In this document: piece after piece, positions 59,103 through 64,000 of the stretch
How positions within the stretch are numbered: position 1 is the stretch's first letter
Layout of the letters: each line of letters opens with the position of its first letter
Source of the DNA: Lama guanicoe
Taxonomy: Eukaryota
Assembly: GCA_013239625.1 (NCBI GenBank)
Contig: MU054338.1
Span: forward strand, 3,931,371-3,995,370
DNA: 64,000 nucleotides
Reading direction: 5' to 3'
Made by a program: the position numbers and the translations under genes
The notes under the pieces: generated by a model
What the model saw: only the letters and a program-made list of their open reading frames with translations
What the model was told of the DNA's origin: nothing
Database searches by the model: none

Positions 59103-60448
59103 GCTAAAAAGCTGATGGGAGAATACTACTCACTGATAGAAGAGTGTGAACTACTGAGAAACATAACTCATGGCTGAACCTCAACATCACTGCACTGAGT
59201 GAACGACAATGAGTCCGAAAGAGGACATACATAATACAGAACGGGCACAGCTAATTAATTTAAGGTTAAAAAAACCAGACGAGAGTGGGCGTGGGGACTG
59301 ACGGGGGAAGGGACAGATGGGAACTGAAAGGTGGATGGACACATTCTCTATGTGATAGCGTGTGCATTACATGGACTATCCATCTGTCAGAACTGGACAG
59401 CTGACATCTGCACATGTACTGTCCGTAAATCTTAACTGAGAGAATCCTTTACTAACAAGTGGAGGATGGGGAGTGGGTGTAGGTAAAGGCAGCCAGGATG
59501 CAAATAACCATAGAGGGTGGAGGTGACTACTGGGGGTTCAGTCTCTGGCGTGTGGCTTTTGTTGATGTTTGAAATTTCCATAATAAAAAGTTAAACCCCC
59601 AAACCCATCTGGCTATTAGCTTGCGGCCACAAAGAATGTGCAAGCACGCTGTCCTTCTCAGCAGGCGCTGCTCTGCCAAGCTGGCAGCTCTTGGAGGCCA
59701 GGCGACCAGCAGTTTTGGGAGTCCTTCCTTCTGGGGCTTGTGAGACTGGTTCAGGGTGATCCTCCCCCGGGGGCAGCAGGACCCGGGGCCAGGGCACCAG
59801 TCAGTCCCCCACAGCCTGAAGTCCTCTGCTTCTCCTTCTCCTTTTCCTGGCTCAGCTGGGACGGGCTCCTCAGTGCTCACAATCACCTTGGACGGCTGTG
59901 CTTCTGCTCCGCACTTGAACTTGGCAATGGGACTAGGAATCATTCCTTGCTGTCCTCCCCACTGGTCCTGTCACATTCCTTTGTCCCTTCTCCTGTTTTT
60001 CTTCCCCAGGCAGGGATCTGAGCTTTCTTTCTCTGAGTCCCTGCATCTCTGGCTGCTCTGGATAGGGTTCCGGGACCCAGCCTGACCAGGTTGGCCCAAA
60101 GCTCTTTGTGGTTCAGAGACACGCCCAGTGTGCTGTTTACAAGCCGAGCACAGTTCATTTGCCATCTGGTCCCAGATAAGGGCAGACTTAAGAAATAAAG
60201 CAGGGAGGAGCAGCCACGTTGGCACAACTTCCCCCGCTTGGCCGGCACAGCGTTTAGGAGGCACATGTGACCTTTTCGTGATGCCACCACTGAGTCACAT
60301 CCACCCCTGAGAGCATGGGCGAGGGTTCCTAAGTGTCTGTGAGGGGCAGAGGAGAGACCCTAGGTCAGCGGCCCTGGATGACAGCCTCGATGAATGAATT
60401 TGCCCGGGCGCAAAGGGAAGAGGCTTCTGTTTACAGGAAAATACTCCA

Positions 60449-60461
60449 GTTGCCTAGTAAC
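60449..60461. promoter_or_regulatory. RFX X-box motif in RFX2 intron 1
   Basis: GTTGCC-T-AGTAAC fits GTNRCC(N0-3)RGYAAC exactly; function untested. Confidence 0.6.
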
Positions 60462-62387
60462 CAGTAATGACAGGAAAGGAAATGCAGAAAAAGCGGAGGG
60501 CAAGTTCTGGGCCGGGTTCCTGGCCCGGGCTGACTCACAAGGACCTGAAGCAATCTCCCTTCCGCTCCTGCTCCTCCGGAGGCGAGGCCGAGGCGGGGAT
60601 CACCTGCCTCACACGGGTCGGGCTGGGATTTAGGAAGCAGCTTGTCATGTCCTGGTAATTAGGGAAGAGCAAGCCGAGGGGTTTTCATCCCTTTCGTTCT
60701 GACTGGCCCATTGACTTCCACTCTGGGCAGACGTAGGCCTTTTACTTTTACTTGGGGGAGGGACACACAGCCTCCTCCGGACATCAGTGCGTGCTCTGCC
60801 GGTACCTGGTGGCATCTGGATGGCACCAGGGTTCATTTGCCCCCAAGAAGGCAATTCACTTCTCCCCTGTGAACAAGAAGCAACAAGTCCAGAAGGTTCT
60901 CGAGAGCACAGGTTGTTGCAAACGCCGGGGTCTGCCCCAATGCCTGTGTTGACATTCCCAGGGTTATTAGGGGGATCAGAAAAATCAGGTCCCTTTGCTT
61001 CTCTTGGGTCCCCTGTCAGTCTGAGGCCAGATCAAGGGAGCAAGCCACGTGGGGGTTAGATTCTGTCTCAACTGACAGTCCCTGCTGGCGTGCGGCCCCT
61101 GCTGAGTGCCAGGCCCCTGGGGGCGACTGGTACACTTGGAGAACGAAGTGTCCATCTCCTCCCTGCCGAAGAGTGGACTCTTCAACTTCCCATGATGGTA
61201 GAAACCACATCTTTTCGCCTGGATCATTGCCACGCGTCGCTCTCCACCGTGAAAAGGCATGGCTGCAGGTTCCCAGGCTGGGCACCGCGGACGCTCGGGC
61301 TGGCCCGAGCACTGTGGGTGCTGACGGGACCCCCCAGCCCCCACCCACCAGATGCCAGGAGGACCCCATCCCAGTCTCCAGACACTGCCCAGTGTCCGTG
61401 AGGGGGGGCAGGGTCACCCCAACTGAAAAGCACTGTTCTCAGCGAACACGCAGTGTCTGGGACAAAGGGCGCGTGGGAATAAACTCACAGACAGACTGAG
61501 AACAGGGGAAAGGACCACTGCGGTGATCTGGGCGGGAAATCGCTGCAACGTGCGGAGTCAGAGGGGAAACGACTGGGCCCTTTAAAGTCGGCCCTCTGTG
61601 TCCGGGCGTCACAATTTCAACTCTCATCCAGGGGGACCGATGTTCCTTCTTTGCCTAGAGCTTTTAGCTGCCCTGACATTGCTCAGTCGCTTTTCGGATT
61701 CCCTCTTTTGCAGCAGTGGCCTTTGAAGGATCAGCGCTGGCTCCGAGTCGCCCTGGAATGAAGTATCTGCAGAATTCAAATTCCTTTTTCTTTTGGTAAG
61801 AACTGGGCTTCCGCTCCTGTTTTCTTCTCAGGAGCCAAACTTTCCCTCTTTCTCCAGCAGAAAGAGGATCAGGCCCAAGTCCTGGAAACTGGCCGTCGGG
61901 GCTCTAAGCACGACGCAGGGGGCGGGAGGCAGCGGCGCCCGGCGGCCCCATGGGTGGGAGAGGCCGCTCAGCTCCAAGGATGGTGGCCTTTTCCCCACTG
62001 TAACGAGGCAACACCCTCTTGGTTTCCTCTTGAAGAGACATGATTTGACTGCTCATGTAAAAATTATCCAGACTAAGGGATAGTTAGCTCGTCTCAGATG
62101 TGGTCTGATTTTAGTTGCCACCGATGATGTAACAGCTTCAGGGGAAAACGTGAATTAAGAAACCACCCAGCCTGCACTGACACTTTCGCCCCACAAATGT
62201 GCTCCTGGCCGGCGACCGGTCCCAGCACTTCTTAGTAATCACTTCACCACCACAAGACTTGGGTTCTGGGAAGTGGAAATTCTCCCCCGGGTGGGGGTGT
62301 GGGTGTGTGCTCTGAAGTTCATCACATCAGCCCCTTATTTGTCCTGGGAGAGTGGGCACCAGGAGTGTGTTGTCCACTTCCTTATGT

Positions 62388-62548
62388 ACACACGGACACA
62401 CACGCACTCACACCACACACATGTACAATCACGCGCACACACACACAGCCACACACCCGTGGACACACAAACACACACGCACACACAGGCACATGGGGGC
62501 ACACATACACACAAGCACACTTACACAAAGGCATACGTGTGTGCACAC
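62388..62548. repeat. Degenerate (CA)-rich simple repeat
   Basis: Direct reading. Confidence 0.85.
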
Positions 62549-62581
62549 CCATTACGGGCTAATGTGAGAAAAAAACGGCCC

Positions 62582-62715
62582 GAGGGAAGGGTAGGGCTCC
62601 GCAGCGGAGGGTAGGCTTAGCACGCACGAGGCCCCGGGTTCCATCCCCAGGAACTCCGTTAAAGCAATCAACAAGTAAACCTAATTACCTTCCTCCTCCT
62701 CCAGAACAAGAAAAG
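62582..62715 (+). mobile_element. Diverged tRNA-derived SINE (Vic-1-like)
   Basis: gcttagcacgcacgaggccccgggttccatcccc...aaacctaattacc. Confidence 0.75.
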
Positions 62716-63314
62716 GGAAATGGTCCAAACCACTCGTAGGGCACTGCTGCCAGTTTCTTACTCCAAGTAAGTTTCTAGTCAACCAAATGCTGACCAGTCC
62801 CATAATTCCAGCAGGAAAACACAAACGACACTTACAGTGAAAAGGAAGGGGATCTATGTTTACATATTTGCACCCACGCACACAGGGGAAAAAACCCTCA
62901 AAACCCAGGTTTTTCTCTACAGATAACTTGCTCATCCTGGGACTCGGCTCAGACATTGTATCGCCATCACCCCACTTTCTGACACAGCGTCCTCCTCCTC
63001 CTCCAGCCCAGATCCCGACCCCACGTGCCCACCCCTCTCTTCCTGGCACCCTCCAGCCCCTGCTTTCCTGCTGCAGCCACAGAGCTGAGTGGCTGTGACA
63101 GAGATGCCAAAGCCGAGACGCGTGGCAGCCCTCCTCAGAGACGGCCTCCGCGGGCTCCGTGCGGGGTGCAGGTGCGTGTCTCAGGGCCCGCAGCTCCACA
63201 AGGGCCCTGGGCTTTAGTTTCTGCACAGGTCCAGGGTCTTAGGAGGGCGCCAGACTCAAGTACAGGGACTTCCCCAGGTGGTCAGTTCTCAGGCAGCTGC
63301 TCCATGATCAGCCT

Positions 63315-63415
63315 TCAAGTAAGAAACCAAAGGCTGAGGCTCAGAGAGGTCAAGCGATGAGCCAAAGGCCACACAGCACGAAGTGGCGGGGCTGGATCTG
63401 AACAGGGTCTCCTTC
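63315..63415. mobile_element. MIR fragment
   Basis: ctgaggctcagagaggtcaagcgatgagccaaaggccacacagc...gggctggatctgaac. Confidence 0.65.
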
Positions 63416-64000
63416 CTTTAACAGGAGGCACGAGTCTGTAAAGACCCCTGAGTCCCCCACTGTCTGTATCAGGCAGAGCCCCTGTTTCCTTCCCATGTAA
63501 ATTGTTCCCCAGCCCCCACGCCAAAGAGCATCCAAAATAAGAACTTGAGCTCAGAGTTCTGCTTTAGAAGTCGCTAGAATTTAGCTCATGTTACCAGAGC
63601 TCTGAATCATGGCCACGGTCCGGGTGAATCCACCCCGGGCCGGCTCACTGGGCTCCCCTAGCTGGGGCTGCACGCCTGCTCAGTGACTGCAAGGGACTTG
63701 TAGAAGGCAACCCTGACATCACTGCTCCCATCGTCTCTTTCCAGAAGCGGCTGCCCGAGTGTCGAGCTGGGCGGTGTTTCAGAATTTACAGCCCCCTGAC
63801 CGACTGCGCATGTTTGAAGCCCGGGTTTACTCCCAGCCCTGGAGGGGGCCACCTGCTTTCCCTCTCTCCATCCGTGTCCCTCCCTGCCCTCTTCCAGCGT
63901 TCCCTCTCCACGCGGGCACGCGGCGCCGTCTCCCCCACCCGTCCTGCCCCTGCTCCCGCACACTTCCGCTGTGGCTCTAGGGAGGCAGCCCGGCTGCCCC

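Larger units (their letters stand above)
54330..59595 (+). mobile_element. Long degenerate L1 cluster (ORF1/ORF2 remnants) with nested L1 3' end and Tigger
   Basis: Endonuclease-like fragment SIICCLKESLFKYKGTHRWKVIGWKKTYHADTNLKKAGVGI (55828-56037); ORF1-like aactgtcaacccagaattctgtatccagc. Confidence 0.88.

Noticed and set aside
54330..59595. Possible active L1
   Set aside because: ORFs are fragmented by stops, deletions and nested insertions; antisense orientation to the host gene is the usual bias
1..64000. CRISPR arrays, operons or other prokaryote-type systems
   Set aside because: The window is a spliced mammalian locus; no repeat-spacer array or compact gene cluster is present

Overview
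Mammalian genomic DNA, very likely from a camelid (alpaca/llama/camel), judged by six tRNA-derived Vic-1-like SINEs and no recognisable Alu, Bov-tA or PRE-1 elements. It is orthologous to human 19p13.3. The left end holds the CpG-island promoter and first coding exon of RANBP3 (minus strand; MADLANE|GT), with a possible divergent spliced transcript. Most of the window is RFX2 on the minus strand. All 17 coding exons (exons 2-18, 50346 to 11526) join with canonical GT-AG sites and consistent phases into an intact 2184-nt CDS (727 aa), followed by a ~1.6-kb 3'UTR; non-coding exon 1 lies beyond the right edge. Introns carry old L1/L2/MIR/MER/MLT elements, an ERV1 solo LTR and younger SINE/L1 insertions with visible target-site duplications (TSDs). 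I see no new protein-coding system; nearly all ORFs in the track are GC-rich noise or exon read-throughs. Best second-look items: an intron-1 X-box plus forkhead plus AP-1 cluster (candidate RFX2 autoregulatory enhancer), a forkhead/CCAAT-rich CpG island in intron 6, a 128/130-identical direct repeat bracketing the frame-symmetric exon 8, a stop-including alternative donor after exon 5, three miR-25/92 seed sites in the 3'UTR and a 45-bp mRNA-tail retrocopy. Repeat family names are from recall, not a database search.
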